A stretch of 64,000 nt of DNA from Camelus dromedarius (lineage: Eukaryota). This document shows positions 50,901 through 63,792 of the stretch, piece after piece. Below the pieces are notes generated by a model that saw nothing but the letters and a program-made list of their open reading frames with translations, did not search any database and was not told the DNA's origin. Position numbers and translations under genes: made by a program. Location of the stretch: NCBI RefSeq assembly GCF_036321535.1, contig NC_087436.1:36582001-36646000 (forward strand). Reading direction: 5' to 3'. The stretch's first letter is position 1; the number at the start of each line of letters is the position of its first letter.

Positions 50901-53900
50901 CCTTAATGATCTACTTTGTAACTTCTGATTTTTATATACTATTCTTTATAGATAGCATATATTGCTATTTAAAAATAGGGCTTGAATCAGTTCAAATACT
51001 AATGCTTTTAGGAATAAATCACTTCACAAATATATACGTATGTAAAACAATTATGTTGTACACCTGAAAATAATGTTACATGTCAATTATATCCCAATTT
51101 TTTAAAATGTTGGACAGGAAAAAAATAATCACTTAATTAGTAGAATCCATTTAATTCACTGTAAATGATTTATTTCCAAGCTCATTTTTAGGAAAAAAAA
51201 AAGGACATATTTGTCAAGGTCACTATATTATAATCTTATAGTTCTAAAACAAAATTCAGTTTGACTAAATTCAGTGTAACTATGGGATATATGTTGAGAC
51301 TTTCTTAAATGAGCGGGGGAAGGGAAAGAAAACAAATGTGGAATAAGTTTCATTTTTTTAAACGTAATTTGACAGAAAGTTCCTAGATAAAGATTTATAT
51401 ACCTACTGTACAGATTCAATTTTAAAATTAAATTTTACTTTATAACTTTTATTTAGGGAAAATATGTGGCTTATAAAGGTGTTAATTCAATTTATAAATG
51501 ATTGTGTAGCACAATTTCCACATTTTCATAATTTTTTTATGGGTTGCTTTTATACATGCTTTTTTATACAAGTGACTCAAAATAAATAACATTCAATGAT
51601 TAATTTGTTGTTCTGATATAGATTTGATTCTAGCTTGAATTAGGTAACTAATTTTTCTTAAAGAAAAGATTCATTTTGTAGCTGAATGCAGGAAAAAGAG
51701 ATTCACTCAGGAACTAGTGAATAACTAAGGTACGGCAGTTTGTGGCTTATGATTTGGTTGAGTTAATTTGGTAAGCTGATTTAATCCTTTTTTAATTTTG
51801 GAGATCAAGTGATTACTATTAAATTATAAAGAAGTACAGAAGTAAAATACATTCATGCAAGATCATATGAAATATACATGATGAAAAATATTCAAACAAT
51901 CTTAAACCTGTATGTAAAGCATCTTCAAGGTCTGAATTTAGTATGAAATGAGAGGAAGATATTTGAAAGCAGATTTTGAGAGTGGTTAATTAGTTTTAAA
52001 GCATAATTTATGTTGTTCTTAAAAAGTACCTGAAAATACCCTTCCCCAGGACAGCTGGATTGTGGTGTACTTCCCCATACTGTTTTTTTCAACTTAATTA
52101 AAATAATAAGAAAACTTATAAAAATTCATGAAAAATAAAAAACAATGCTTTAAAAGAAACAAACAAAAAACAGAACAAACATTTTAACATAAACTTTAAC
52201 ATGCTACAAAATTAGAATACAACTTTGAAGCTGACCTTTTTATTTCTGGTTTCTGCTATTATCTATATATATTCTGAACTAAAATTCATAAATAATAAAA
52301 ATACATAAAGTACAAACATTTCACATCTATATCTGTGTAAAATACCTGGTTTAATGTGGATTTGCACTTGAAAGAAAAATTATTCAACAAAACATTTCCA
52401 CCTATGAGCAAGCGGTGTGGAGGAGTCTTTATTCTACATGCAAAACACGAACACCGGCAGCATGGCTCTCCAGTGCCCGCACGCAGGCGGTGCCCTGCCG
52501 TTTGGTAATGTACAGACACTTCAACCATCACAATCGACACTTTCACAGTAGGTAGGTAGTATTTTGAAACTGCATAACCATTATAATTTTGTAATTCCTA
52601 AAAATTATTAGCATTGTGTATGTCTAACAAATAATCTCTCTCTTACTGTATCCTGGATATTGAAAGTGACTCTGGGTCCAGGAGATGCTGCATCCACGCG
52701 GATTTCCGGGAGCTCCTCAGATTCTCCCACTCGGGAACTGTAAGTAAAATAGAAAGTTATAAAACATAAACATTCTCGTTCAAAAAAAATCCCTGGACTT
52801 TATAAAGTCTGATTAATAACATTAACATTCTGTTTCTAAATATTTACCTTATCCAAGGATTGAACTTCTGGTATTCCATTTCTTAACCTTTAGCATCCCA
52901 CAAAAGAAATTCATTGCTTTGGCACAAGATTTTCTAAAACTAAACCTTATAAAAAAGAATTTATACTTACTTTACAATGTTCATTTACTAGTAAAACTAT
53001 AGTTTTCTTCAATAATATGTAAAATTTCCATCTTTTCATATGCTAAATGTGTGTACAATCATACCTTTTCCTAAAATGACAAATTCACAGCGAGCTACTA
53101 ATATGCAAATATTCATTTCTTTGGATAGTATGTAAGTTTACACATAAACTTGTCTAAATAGCAATGTACTTCATTACTAAAAAGCACACTCACTGTGGTA
53201 TAAATGGGGTAGAGGAATTTCTCAAATTTAGTTTGCCAGTATCCCCTATTACTGGTCTTTGACTAATAAGGTCCATTTGCTAGCTTAATTTTGTAATTTC
53301 CCCAGTTAGAACACAATAAATCAGTAGTGAACCTTGGTAAAGAAGTCAGCAATTTTATTCTTTCATTGGTTGAAATATTTATTACCTTGCCCTTTCCATT
53401 CGCTTAAGAGGTGGTCTTCCAGAAGCCGAAATGCTTTTCGATCGGCTGTAACTTGGTTTGTAACCCAAACCCCACTTATCCTTTAGAGAAGCAGCCTAAT
53501 GAAATGGGAGAGAAAAAGGGTGACTTTAGGCAGTTGTTTACTATTGTAATATCTGACGTCAAATAAAATGTTGTACTATTAAACAAGTTAGCTTGTCTTC
53601 CCTGGATCAATAGCAAGTTATCTTAAATTGCAACTTTAAATGTCACTTAACAACTTAGATCAAAGTGCAGCAGGAATCAGCTACTCTTTAGTTCGAGCAT
53701 CAGTTAGGAGGGCTGTACAATGAGAACATGAGCCACTGGCTCTTGCCTGAGAGAAAAGAGAAAAAAAACTGGGAGCGGGGTGAGGAGTACAGAAATAAGG
53801 GGAGAAAAAAGAAATGATAAGAAAGGAGAGAACAAAAATGAGAATTAAAAGGCAAGATTCTCGGAGAACTTAGGTAAGGGGAGGGGTGAGAAGAGGAGAT

Positions 53901-56900
53901 AAGGGAAGGGGGAGGGAGGCGGGGGGCGAGAGAGCGACCACCAACCACCCCAGGGCACCCCGTGACAGAAGTCAGGACAGGAAAGGAAGTGGTGACTGAA
54001 ACACCCTTCTTGTCTCCAAATCCCTCTTCTCCAAATTTGTAGCTGGGGGCCTAGATACAAAAAAGATTCTAATACAATGGAGATTTAAAGTCTAAACCAA
54101 TTGAGGAGGAAATACCAAATGACACAAATGTTAAGAACACACATGTAATTTCAGTAATTTCCCTAATCTTCTCTACCTAGTTTTATTTTTAACTGTCAAT
54201 TACCAAGTATAACCTACCTTATAAACAGTACGCAAGCAATATTTTAGTTTTATTGTATGACTATGAAGTACATAGTGGCAAAATTTTTAAACAGAGTTAT
54301 GCATTACAGATCATCACTATCCATTTAGTACTATCAGAAGCCAGTTATTAGTAGCTCAAATTGAATTTTATTCTTAATTTAAATAATTTAGAACAGTATT
54401 CAAATGAGGTTTGCTGGGAATTTGGTGGTGACCAAGCAAAGAAAATTCAAGACAATGAATCCTGGATCCCTGCAACCTCTCCCCCTTCCTTTGACCTTAG
54501 CAGCTCTGATTTTTATCTGTTTTTATGTACTGGGGTGCCACCCAAAAACCTTATTCTGGTAAAAAAACAAAAGATGAAGGGTATGCTGAAAATATTATAT
54601 ATAAATATGAATATATCTAAGAACCCACTTATTAGTTTTTCTACTAACAAGACCACTTTGACCCAAAGGAACCTACCTCCATTTGAATAAGTTTTAGAAT
54701 TATTTTCTACTGTATTTTAATAGTATATTTATCTATATATTTATTTCAGTTGTTTAGTAACTGGACTCAATCCAGACAATGTGGTAGATAGTAAGGTCAA
54801 AGCTAAATAACTTTTCCTTTAAGAGACTCAAACTCTAGTACGGACAACTAAATATGCAGTTAATTAACATAAAGTGCTGAGAGTACGTAGTGGCAAGAGT
54901 AGTCAGTTATGGAAAGTGGGATGGGGTAGAATGGACATCTCAAAAGATTTCACATTTGAGTTAGATATAAAAAAGAAAGCATGACTTTATGAAAGGCAGA
55001 CAAAACACAGTGGCTAAGGACATATACTGTAGAGTCCCACTGTTTAGGTTTGAATCTTGGCTCCACGGGGATTGCTGGCTGTATAACCTTGGTCAAATTA
55101 CTTGACCTCTCTGTGCCTCAGTTGCTTCATCTTTACAACAGGGAAAATAATACAAGCTACCATGTAGGGCTGTTTTAAGAATTTAATGGATTGTTAAATG
55201 TAACGTACTTTAAATAGTGCTCGGTACATAGTAGATATGGGATATGCAAATCAAGTGTTATCACCAGCAATGGAGGAAGAAAGAGAACAACATAAGTATC
55301 ATCATAAAATTTAATAAAGTAAAAATTTTAAACAGTCTACTTTAATAAAATTCTCCTTAAATGTTTACTCACTCGCATACTGGACCTCCGTAATTTTTTA
55401 CGAACATCTCTTCTAATGTCATTCACGGCAACAGATTCTAACTGTTGATAACGTTGAATTTCCTGGTTTATGGTTCCTTCACTTGCACCTAATTTTCTGG
55501 ATGCAAAACAAATGTGGCAATTAGCATAAGGAGGTGACAAAGTGAGAGTGATTTTTATTTGCTCCTTTTTAATTCTTTCACTTATCAGAATATCAAAGAT
55601 TATGTATGAACAGACCAAAATCCTCCAGAGTTAACACTCATATCCAGAAAACTATAAAAAAGCTTCACTAACATTTTAGGAAATGACTCTTACCTATTTC
55701 TACATCAAAAGTCTCTTTGATAATCTCATGAAAGCTATGGACCCACTCTGCAGAAGACTATCTGTATGTAAAATTCTACATATAATTTAAGCCCCAGGTA
55801 AGATTTAGGGAGGAAGTATATTTTGCTTCAAGTCATTTTTTCCCCTGAGAACAAAACTCAAACTGTAAAGTAAGTCAACAGGAAAATGTGAATCACTGTA
55901 TCATAAGTAATTTACAGACAAGTTTTTAGGGAATACCTTCATTTACAATGCATATATTTGTGTAACCCTTGAATGCAAGAAAAACACAGACACAGGGGTA
56001 ATATAATTAGAAAAGATGAGGCACAACTATCACCTTTTGGGGAAACAAAAATCTCAAAGTTTGGCAAGAAGAATATTTAGCCTTACGGAGGAAGCGTTAC
56101 CTGGTCAGTACTATCTAGCAGGCAACAGGCAAAGAAAAAAACTTCTACCACCTACTCCCTTCTCTTGACTCACTCTACCCTCGCCTCAGTTCTAGGAAAC
56201 TGCTAATATAAGCAGGCAAGAAGAGCATGAAATTTGAATGCAGACAAACACAAGTTCAAATTCCAGTTCTTTAACCTCTTCAAGCCAGTTTCCTCATCTA
56301 TAAAGTTTGGATAATGCCATCTAACTTCACAGAAATGATGGGAGGATTAAATTGAGGTCATATGTCAGAATCACAATAGGTGCTTAATAAATTCGAAAGT
56401 TGTTTCCCCTCTTAAAAATCTGCATTCCCAAAATATTACCAAAATACTGACACATGTATTTATATACATACATGAAGACACATGTATGTACACAGACGTA
56501 GAGATGCATGCATGTGACATAAAATCAGTCATAAACTGCTCAAAAATGAAGTTGTGATGAGCACTGGACTAGGACTTCTAACTTTATCACTAATGAGTGT
56601 ATGTTCTCAGACAAATCACCAAACTTCTCTTGACCTTCGTGATCTCACTTATAAACTAAAGGAGTTGTACTGGCACAAATTCAGTTTCCTTCACATTTAA
56701 AATCCTGATTCTATTATTAGGGAATACTATATTAAATTAAAAATCATTATACATACTTAAGATCATCTATTACTTTGGCCTGTTCATTCAGCTCTCTGAT
56801 ATCCACTATACGTTTCATGATTTTTCTTCCTCTAAGTTCTCCTGGCTGGCTACAAGATGCTCCTTGTCTTCGATAATCTACAGCTTCCTGAAAAATCAAA

Positions 56901-59900
56901 AGCATGTCTGTCAGTAACACCCTTAGGTCACACAGCAAATCTATACTATCACAGAAAAAACACCTTAAATCAAGGAAGCATGCAAGAATCAAAGCCATCT
57001 ATATTAAGTAAGATGATTGGAATTCTCCAGTGATTCGAATCCCTTCATTTTCATAAGTAATCTATTTAGTTGCTACCTACGTTTCCCCATGAGTGAGCTC
57101 TGCATGCTTTCAAATGGGACTGGCTAGACTGAGGGGAGGCCCCCATCTCGGGGTCACACAGATACTCTGCAGGAACAGAATAGCGCTGATGTGGGCGCCT
57201 CAGGCCTAGTAGGTGATTTACAAGTCGCTGCCCAAAGGTGAGCTTGTGGCCATCTCCACTTACTGAACTTCCATCTGAACTCTAAATGATAAACAGTAAC
57301 ATTAATTTTTAAAAATTTCTTTCCAAGAACAAAACTATTTCAGAATACAATAGTTAAAAGATGTTTCAAAAGTCTTTTTAAATCAATACTGGAATAAAAG
57401 CAGAGAGAAACTTTCTTTTTAACTACCAAATAATCTGATACTAAAGAATATGTACGGTATAGATGGAAATATATATTTTTAAATGTATACTTCCTTTTGT
57501 GTGCATGCTCTTTGCTTTTGACATTCATTTTTAAACATAGTTCCTGAGATAGAATTCACATGCCATAAATTCACCCATTTAAAATGTATTAATTCAGTAG
57601 TTTCTAGTATATTCACAAAGCTGTGGAATCGTTATCAGAATCTATTCAGAACATTTTCATCCCCCACCCCCTAAACAAACTTCATAACTGTTATCAGTCT
57701 CTTCCCATTCCCCCTCCCAACCTTTCAGACTCTCCCAGCCCTAGGCAACCACTAATCTACTTTCTGTCCCTAAAAATTTGTTTGCACTTTGCTTTCAATG
57801 TTAATACGTTACCTGTAGGTTAATGCACAATTTGGTTGGTAGATTATAAAACAAGGAACTCAATTGAAAGACAATATTATTTAAGTAAAAAACGATATTA
57901 TATAAATGTATACACAGAAAACCACCATTCCCTTCCTTCCTCAATTAGCAACTACAGCAAATAACACTGATTTAGTAATATCCCTTTCTTAGGGTAAAAG
58001 CCAGTCCTGAAAAAATCTAACAGTGGGTTTACTTACAGTATGGATAGTGGGAGACATAGTGTCAACTTCATCCTCATCTGACAGGTCAGCTATGTTCACT
58101 GAATTTAGATCAGCAATGTCATCTATGTCCTCCTCTCCTGTCAGTGTCGTAAGGGTATTGCCCAGAGCATTGAGTCTTTTGCCAATGTTAGGATCCATGT
58201 GGACATCAATCCCACACATTTTCCACAATACATTGAGTGTCCAGGTTCCAGCACTACTACTTTCTGTTTAAATAAAGAAGTGGCATTTTTGGTAAGTTCT
58301 GAGTATAGAAAGTTAAATAATTCTACATTCAAGGATTAAAATGGACGATGGCCCTGTGTAATGATTAATGTCTCTCACAGCTAGATCTGTCAGAAACATC
58401 AGACTATGGGATTGATTTCCCTATCATATCTGTGGTGCCCTCTGTGCAGCACCCTTCTTCCTCCTGTGCCCTGTGGACTTCGTCCTCCCACCAGCCCTCA
58501 AGCTGATCCACCTTCCCATGGCTATAGCAGGAATTGGCATGACCCTTCCTCATGCACCAGAATGTATTAGATAATTAGTTCAGGTAAGGGTCAAAGTTGG
58601 AAAACTAAGAATCCTCCCCTGGACTTGAGAAAAGACTGGTCCCTCTCTAGTGACTGAGGGTGGGAAAATGAGGCTCATGAGCTGTTGGCAGCCATGTTTC
58701 CTGCCATGTGTAAGGAGGTCAGCAGTAAAGAAAAATGAAGCAGCCAGACAGAAGCAAAGACAAGAGCCGGAAAGAGCCCAGGTGGCAGCTGAGATCGTTT
58801 CCAGTGGTTCCTCAGGGCCCCTCCATTGCCCTGGTTCCTTCTCTTCCCTGAGATAGCTATTGTTAAGTGTAACTGTGATCTGCAAATATTCTTTTAATAG
58901 GTTTCCCCTTTTGGTTAAGCTAGTTGGAGTGGGTTGTTGTCACTAACAAACAAGAGTCCTGACAAAGACTTTTATGTGACCTTTCTCCCAGTATGTATTT
59001 ACCTCAGTCATCACCTTTTCCTTCTAACATTACTGCTGGAAATTTCCTAGGCTTTTCAGTTCTCTATCAGTGGGGACTGCAGGCCTTGCATACTTTCTGA
59101 GACAATTTACTTACGATGAGTCCTGAGACTAGGCTTGGGAGGATAAGAGGGAATAGTAAGGAGAGAGAGGAAATCTACTAATCTTAATCAGCTTCTACCC
59201 TTCTCAACATTTTAAGAGCTCTTAAATAAATATCTCGTTTAGCATACCCTAATTTTATACCAGGCAAAATAATACAAATTTACACTTAGTCAAGACAGGT
59301 TATTATATCCATAGTTATGTCCTAACCAGGTTCCTGGGTTTTTCTCCTCTGACCCCTGTCCCTGTGATACTGTCACCATCTACTTTCTTGTTCAGAAAAA
59401 TTCAGTGGCTTTCTCACTGTCCACCAAATCAAGTCCAAACTCTTAATTTGGACTTAAGCTTTTTCCCATCCTTTTTTCATATAACTCTATTCTAGCCAAT
59501 TTGAACAACTCTAGCTAGACATTGTGTTTTGACATCATGACACCTATTATTCTCTCTGCCTGATTTTTTTCTATTCATATTTTCCAGTTTTTGCTTAGGA
59601 AATAATTTTATTCATCTTTCAAGTCCTTATTTAAGTGCTTGTTCTATAAAGCTTTCTCTCATCTCAGTATCCTTCAAAATTTGGAAATTTCTCTCTCCTG
59701 TAAATTTCACCAGCAATTGGAATTTTATATTTTATTGAACTTATCACTTATTGCAGTTCAGTTATGTTACAGGGCCCTAACTCCATTATTCGAATTTAAA
59801 TTTATAGAGCATAGAAAGTATATCTTAATCATCTTTGTCTTTCCCAAAACATTTTGTACTGTATATTGTACACTGATGGTGTCTAATGTATTGCTAAATA

Positions 59901-62900
59901 AAAATATGCTAATATTATTGCAAAATAGTTTTTAAACATTAGGGAATACCAGAATTTGTTTAGTTAAAAGATCCTTTAATACAAAGGCAGAAAAAATAGA
60001 TGCAAAAGCAGATTCTACCTGACATATATAGCAAAAGTAATACCAAATGCGAACTTACCAGCAGCTGCTTGTCCTGTAGTCCTGGAACATACTTCATAGG
60101 TACCATCTGGAACTACACCTGCACAAAAATCACCCCCAAAATAATCTTCAATAAAATTATGCTCGCAATAACATATTGTACTGCAATTTTTCACCCAAAG
60201 ATGATTATCTTAATATAAATAGGATCAGTGGCCTCTCCAAGTTTCAGTTCTCATCTGGGGAATGAAAGGACTGCTTTAGATAACTTGTAATTCCTATTTT
60301 GTATCTCACAATATTTTATTCTTACTGATTTTTAAGAACCTAACTGCATACACCTGAAACTAATATAGTATCATAAATCAACTATATTTCAGTAAAGAAA
60401 GAAAAAGAATTTAACTGCAGCTTTAGCTTTACATTCTGCATGTGATTTCCTTATCTGAGTGACAATACCTGGCCAACTTTGAAAGTGTGGTTTCCTGATG
60501 CTATGACAATTTGTGCCATTATGAGTGAATGGCACTTTGAGAATGTAAATGATGTAAAAATGATTTTTTGATAACTAAGAACTGCCACATTAGGTTAACA
60601 GACATGACTCACCAGCCTTATGTTTTACTTTGTCAAGGATCATTTTATGAGAAAAAGATGACTGACTGCCATACTGTCAATCTAATAAGGTCAGTCTCCT
60701 AAGGTCATGGTCCTATCCCCAGAACATATCTGACTTTAACTTTGAAACATTTACTACTACTTAGCTTTAATCAGATAACTCCAGCTTAAAAAGAAAGGCT
60801 AATTAAATCAACAATTTTAATCAGTAAAGACATACCATCTTTGAAACAACTTTTAAACAAAGTAAAGTCTAAAGATAGAATTAAGACCCTTTCTCAGTAA
60901 TCTTTAATGGAAACCCAATTTCAATCTGAACCTGACATTACGTACACCTTAAATGAAATGTCTTTTTGCAGTTCACTCCATAACCTAAACTAGTATTCAA
61001 CTGTTACTCAAATGTGAGTTATAGAAATGCTATAATGTATTCTGGGGAAAAGCATCTATTAAATGACAATTTCTATTATATTTTAAAAGTAATGTCAATA
61101 ACTTTATTTTTAAATTTTTGGGGTAATCAGGTTTATTTATTTTTAATGGAGGTCCTGGGGATTGAACGCAGGATCTCATCCATGCTAAGCACATGCTCTA
61201 CCACAATTATACCCTCCCCAATGCCAATAACTTTAAAATCTAAATTATATTTTTGAAACATATGGTACTTGTGCCTCACACACAAATTATAAAAAAGAAC
61301 TAGATCTTGGGGTAAAAGATTGCCCAATTCACCTTTAATAGTGTGGTTATAAATCAGAGCAAAAAAACCCCACATTACCCTTTCAAATCTAACAACTCTA
61401 CAATAAAAAGAAAACCCTTGAACAGGAGTAGAATAACTAAGGCCAAGTGAAAGGAAGAACTAGTAAATTCAAAAAGGATAGAAAACTTTGGGGACTTCCA
61501 ATCCCAAGAAGTGCCAGAGAATTTTTAAAAATTAAGTTTAAAAAATTATATAAATTTACAGAATACAGAGCCATAATGAATTAATAAGGAACATTAAAAT
61601 TTTTAGGAGTAGATCCAAATCCTGAAAGTGATGAGATGAGAGAAACCCATTGGGCTCTTTCCCATGGTACCCGTGGTCCCTGCGTTGGACCAGCCAGAAT
61701 CCAGGATGGCAATTTTCTTGCTGTTACAACCAAATGTTACCCAGGTGTTAACAGAAAACTTGGAATTTTTCAAACTTTCAATGGTTTGTAAATACATATT
61801 AATAAAAAGGGTCTAATCTTTACTATCTACTTACATGGTCCATTGAACCCTTCCTATAGATCGTCTTTCCTAATTTTTACTGCATTTCCCAAAAAACACT
61901 GTCACCTAGAGAGGAAATTAAATTGGGCTGTCTTTTTTCTAGGGCATAATTTTTAAATAATCTGTGAAAAAAAAAAAAGCCTAAGGCATAATCTTACTTT
62001 TACTTATTTTTTTGCCCTAAACTCAATTCTCTTTCCTTAAAAAATTAAATGTCAGTTATACCCAATAAAAACTAATAAAAACTACAAAGTAGTAAACTAC
62101 CTTGGCAAACTTATCATTTGGAATTCTTATCATTATGTCAACAACTGCTCTACTCATTTCCTTTGCCACTCTCCCAAGGCACTAAATAATATGCATTTTA
62201 CAAAAACAAGTCACTTGATACCCTCCAAAACACAAAATAAATTATGATTATCATGATTATCAGCACATTAGTGTTCTACTTTGTTGGTCTAATATACACT
62301 GAGGAGCTGAGCCAGTGTTCATGTTTTTTAGTCTTGTGTTTTTCCTTTTGAGTTAGAGGCACATGTCTTATGCATTTCCCTTTGTTTAAACTGTTAAGGA
62401 AATGATATCCTTCCTTTGCTTCCAAATATATTCTATCCAATACAACTATAATGACAACAAATGTCACCTTCATAAAAATTAGTAGGTTTACATTTATTTT
62501 AAGGAAAAAAACCACACACAAACAAAAGAGAGTAATAGTGACTTTTAAAAATGTATATAACCACCATGTAAAATGATTATTTGTAAGATTCCTGATGAAG
62601 TCTATTTTTGGTCTTTTGGGTGTTAGGCATGAGTACTCTGATACCAAGTCTTCTTGGTAACCTGAAATGTTTAACGGAAATACTAGTATTTTACCTATGA
62701 ATTATCTAAATGCAAAGCATTCAAAACCAAGAATTTCACCTAAAGTATTATCTAAATTTTAGCCAACACTGAATGCTAAAACTTCAATTTTTGATGTAAA
62801 AATAATGGAACATTTTCCCAGTTCTCAAATAAAACCCAGCACTAGAAAGATTTTCTTCTAGTGGAGAGGGGAAAAAAATTGCTGAACAATGGCATACCAC

Positions 62901-63792
62901 CTTCTGAGAAATAATTAAGCATTAATTCTGGTTTACAGATTGGCTGAGGAATTTTAGTTCACAACCTTTAATTCCTCAAATATAATTTCTCTTCACTGTT
63001 AAGATTAATGATGTCTTATCAACTCTGTTATATTTAAAATATTAAAATAAAAATAAACCCCTGTACCTTCAAAATAGCATATAAACACAGCTTATTTATT
63101 TCCAACCTTGAGTATTATGGAATCAGAGGAATCCACACGTGTTACACTCTGTATCCTACAAATTTGGACATGTGAATTTATTCATGTCAATAATAATTAT
63201 GGCTGGAGTTCCTGCTCCTGGTTATCCAATACTATGTTATAGGATGAACTGGATCTTACACATTTATCACTTTCTTTCAAGATCCCCACAGGAAAAAGAT
63301 GCTTTACCTGGTCATTCATGAATCAATTACAGGAAAAATCAGGGCATAAACAAAACTTCAGATGTTATTACCATCAAAAAGAATATCTAGTTGGTTTACT
63401 TACCAAAACTACTGAAAGCTGCAGTTTTTATCAAATATGTTCTGGTATCTTTAATTAGAAATAGGCTTTATTTCACAAAGTTCAATAACATTCCTACATC
63501 TGGACATTATTTAGTTTAACTAATGAAGACACTGGAGTTATCTTTTACTTTTTAAAAATTCTAAACCTCATACAGAAGATAAAAGACACTCACAGGCATT
63601 CATCACCAGGTCCCCACGAATTTCTGGTTTCCAGTCATCCCATGATGTCTCAAAGCCATCAGCAAAACGGATACAAAAGTTTTTGAAATGCCCTTTACTA
63701 ACTAGAGATTCTGAAGAACAAGCAGTGATGAGAGTACTTTCAATGGTCAGTACTAAAGCAGAACCAGTGTCAAGGTCTCCAGTATGATTAGA
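20730..63792 (-). CDS. BLTP1: BLTP1/KIAA1109 bridge-like lipid transfer protein, 3' part (28 exons, 4965 nt, 5'-truncated by window)
   Basis: All 28 exons have AG/GT boundaries and compatible phases, giving one ORF SNHTGDLDTG...KEKKGKDKEEH* matching recalled KIAA1109 C-terminus. Confidence 0.96.
23398..23563 (-). CDS. BLTP1: BLTP1 exon
   Basis: IFPPRILSTRPGQ...WHLEPTL; AG|gtaagt. Confidence 0.93.
26052..26186 (-). CDS. BLTP1: BLTP1 exon
   Basis: VSLKPKVECSVVTEFTDH...YLKEKEK. Confidence 0.92.
26629..26823 (-). CDS. BLTP1: BLTP1 exon
   Basis: LNLLRNVDANN...QEPSLQ. Confidence 0.92.
28106..28309 (-). CDS. BLTP1: BLTP1 exon
   Basis: SSDHSTYIVQTLDFHLG...TATRNE. Confidence 0.92.
28991..29242 (-). 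CDS. BLTP1: BLTP1 exon
   Basis: LDAAHHRHWPGVLK...QKIWED. Confidence 0.93.
29688..29840. mobile_element. MER5A-like hAT MITE
   Basis: cagcatcacctgggagcttgttagaaat...tctgcattttaataagatctccagg. Confidence 0.7.
29852..30057. mobile_element. Tigger2/MER8-like MITE
   Basis: cagatgacc..gaacaacacgg / gaagggtcaactg|TA inverted ends. Confidence 0.7.
31030..31745. mobile_element. L2 fragment
   Basis: ccacacagcagccagagtgat, aatgtaagctttatgaaggtagg, aaatgtttgctga L2-like 3' motifs. Confidence 0.6.
32227..32444 (-). CDS. BLTP1: BLTP1 exon
   Basis: EIFVHGDLKWDIFQ...KSSQEQ. Confidence 0.93.
32654..32846 (-). CDS. BLTP1: BLTP1 exon
   Basis: HISEHPNQQPSHKIQ...SSMTDK. Confidence 0.92.
32964..33121 (-). CDS. 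BLTP1: BLTP1 exon
   Basis: WTTSGLKSQGRLSV...NALEMV. Confidence 0.92.
33523..33673 (-). CDS. BLTP1: BLTP1 exon
   Basis: SLSKTSTPFNK...NVMGNT. Confidence 0.92.
34580..34837 (-). CDS. BLTP1: BLTP1 exon
   Basis: SGPGTPDSIEG...SSVPRR. Confidence 0.92.
35539..35676 (-). CDS. BLTP1: BLTP1 exon
   Basis: VCDIGSASFKYDMRRL...QTINLP. Confidence 0.92.
37878..38057 (-). CDS. BLTP1: BLTP1 exon
   Basis: NVDEEPTSVTGRK...TLINIS. Confidence 0.92.
38813..39013 (-). CDS. BLTP1: BLTP1 exon
   Basis: SSGLGSPLGRSRH...PGSGGL. Confidence 0.92.
39490..39830 (+). mobile_element. Younger L1 3' end with A-rich tail (5'-truncated)
   Basis: gaacttatttataaaacagaaacagactcacagacatagaaacaaac...tgtaaactgactatact + A-rich tail. 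Confidence 0.8.
41890..42058 (-). mobile_element. tRNA-derived SINE (Vic-1-like)
   Basis: Minus: ggggaggttttagctcaagaggcagagtgcatgcttagcatgcacgaggtcctaggttcaatccc, A/B boxes, (TACA)n/(TAAC)n tail. Confidence 0.85.
42650..42851 (-). CDS. BLTP1: BLTP1 exon
   Basis: PSQIKFSCLPVSRVEC...KTATP; G|gtgcag donor. Confidence 0.9.
43490..43783 (+). mobile_element. Tigger1-derived non-autonomous element
   Basis: catacttcgttttattg...tctgaggtatgcct|ata ends; inverse-related to 10441-10748. Confidence 0.75.
44264..44403 (-). CDS. BLTP1: BLTP1 exon
   Basis: VSSQDEDMGHFEIP...VYVRVQ. Confidence 0.92.
44934..45095 (-). CDS. BLTP1: BLTP1 exon
   Basis: KGKGSGGVKTAKLYAW...IERNYT. Confidence 0.92.
45950..46453. 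mobile_element. MLT1-type MaLR solo LTR
   Basis: gagaggcccatgtggggaga, gactgcaacttcat, tagataattaata recalled MLT1 motifs. Confidence 0.7.
46819..47020 (-). CDS. BLTP1: BLTP1 exon
   Basis: LHYNSKTLKTESP...PPPIPS. Confidence 0.92.
47540..47720 (-). CDS. BLTP1: BLTP1 exon
   Basis: SYDRSSRSLDQD...PGVDVK. Confidence 0.92.
48921..49136 (-). CDS. BLTP1: BLTP1 exon
   Basis: HTSRKKATGFAAV...DDISLR. Confidence 0.92.
49686..49939 (-). CDS. BLTP1: BLTP1 exon
   Basis: FPEETELDLLSVTIEG...YIYRKP. Confidence 0.92.
52647..52737 (-). CDS. BLTP1: BLTP1 exon
   Basis: SRVGESEELPEIRVDAASPGPRVTFNIQDT. Confidence 0.92.
53386..53495 (-). CDS. BLTP1: BLTP1 exon
   Basis: AASLKDKWGLGYKPSYSRS...RMERA. Confidence 0.92.
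55000..55235. mobile_element. MIR SINE
   Basis: ggtttgaatcttggctcc...accttggtcaaattacttgacctctctgtgcctcagtt core. Confidence 0.7.
55373..55496 (-). CDS. BLTP1: BLTP1 exon
   Basis: KLGASEGTINQEIQRY...RRSSMR. Confidence 0.92.
56757..56887 (-). CDS. BLTP1: BLTP1 exon
   Basis: EAVDYRRQG...AKVIDDL. Confidence 0.92.
58037..58263 (-). CDS. BLTP1: BLTP1 exon
   Basis: SSSAGTWTLNVLWKMCGID...SPTIHT. Confidence 0.93.
58355..58965. mobile_element. Old ERVL/MaLR-type solo LTR
   Basis: TG...CA-bounded GC-elevated block ending ttaagctagttggagtggg...caagagtcctgaca. Confidence 0.55.
60059..60118 (-). CDS. BLTP1: BLTP1 exon
   Basis: VVPDGTYEVCSRTTGQAAA; 60 nt, G|gtaagt. Confidence 0.92.
61107..61219 (-). 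mobile_element. tRNA-derived SINE (Vic-1-like) with 16-bp TSD
   Basis: TSD aatgtcaataacttta (61091-61106) / aatgccaataacttta (61220-61235); related to the 41890 copy. Confidence 0.85.
63594..63792 (-). CDS. BLTP1: BLTP1 exon
   Basis: SNHTGDLDTGSALVLTIES...LVMNA; T|gtgagt. Confidence 0.93.

Noticed and set aside
53554..53561. Second TGACGTCA CRE
   Set aside because: Isolated intronic 8-mer with no promoter context; compatible with chance.
53870..53930. Purine/G-rich tract with possible G-quadruplex
   Set aside because: Low-complexity sequence with no further supporting evidence.
61600..61790. GC-elevated open stretch resembling an exon or pseudogene fragment
   Set aside because: No recognisable protein similarity, and the flanking BLTP1 exons join in frame without it.
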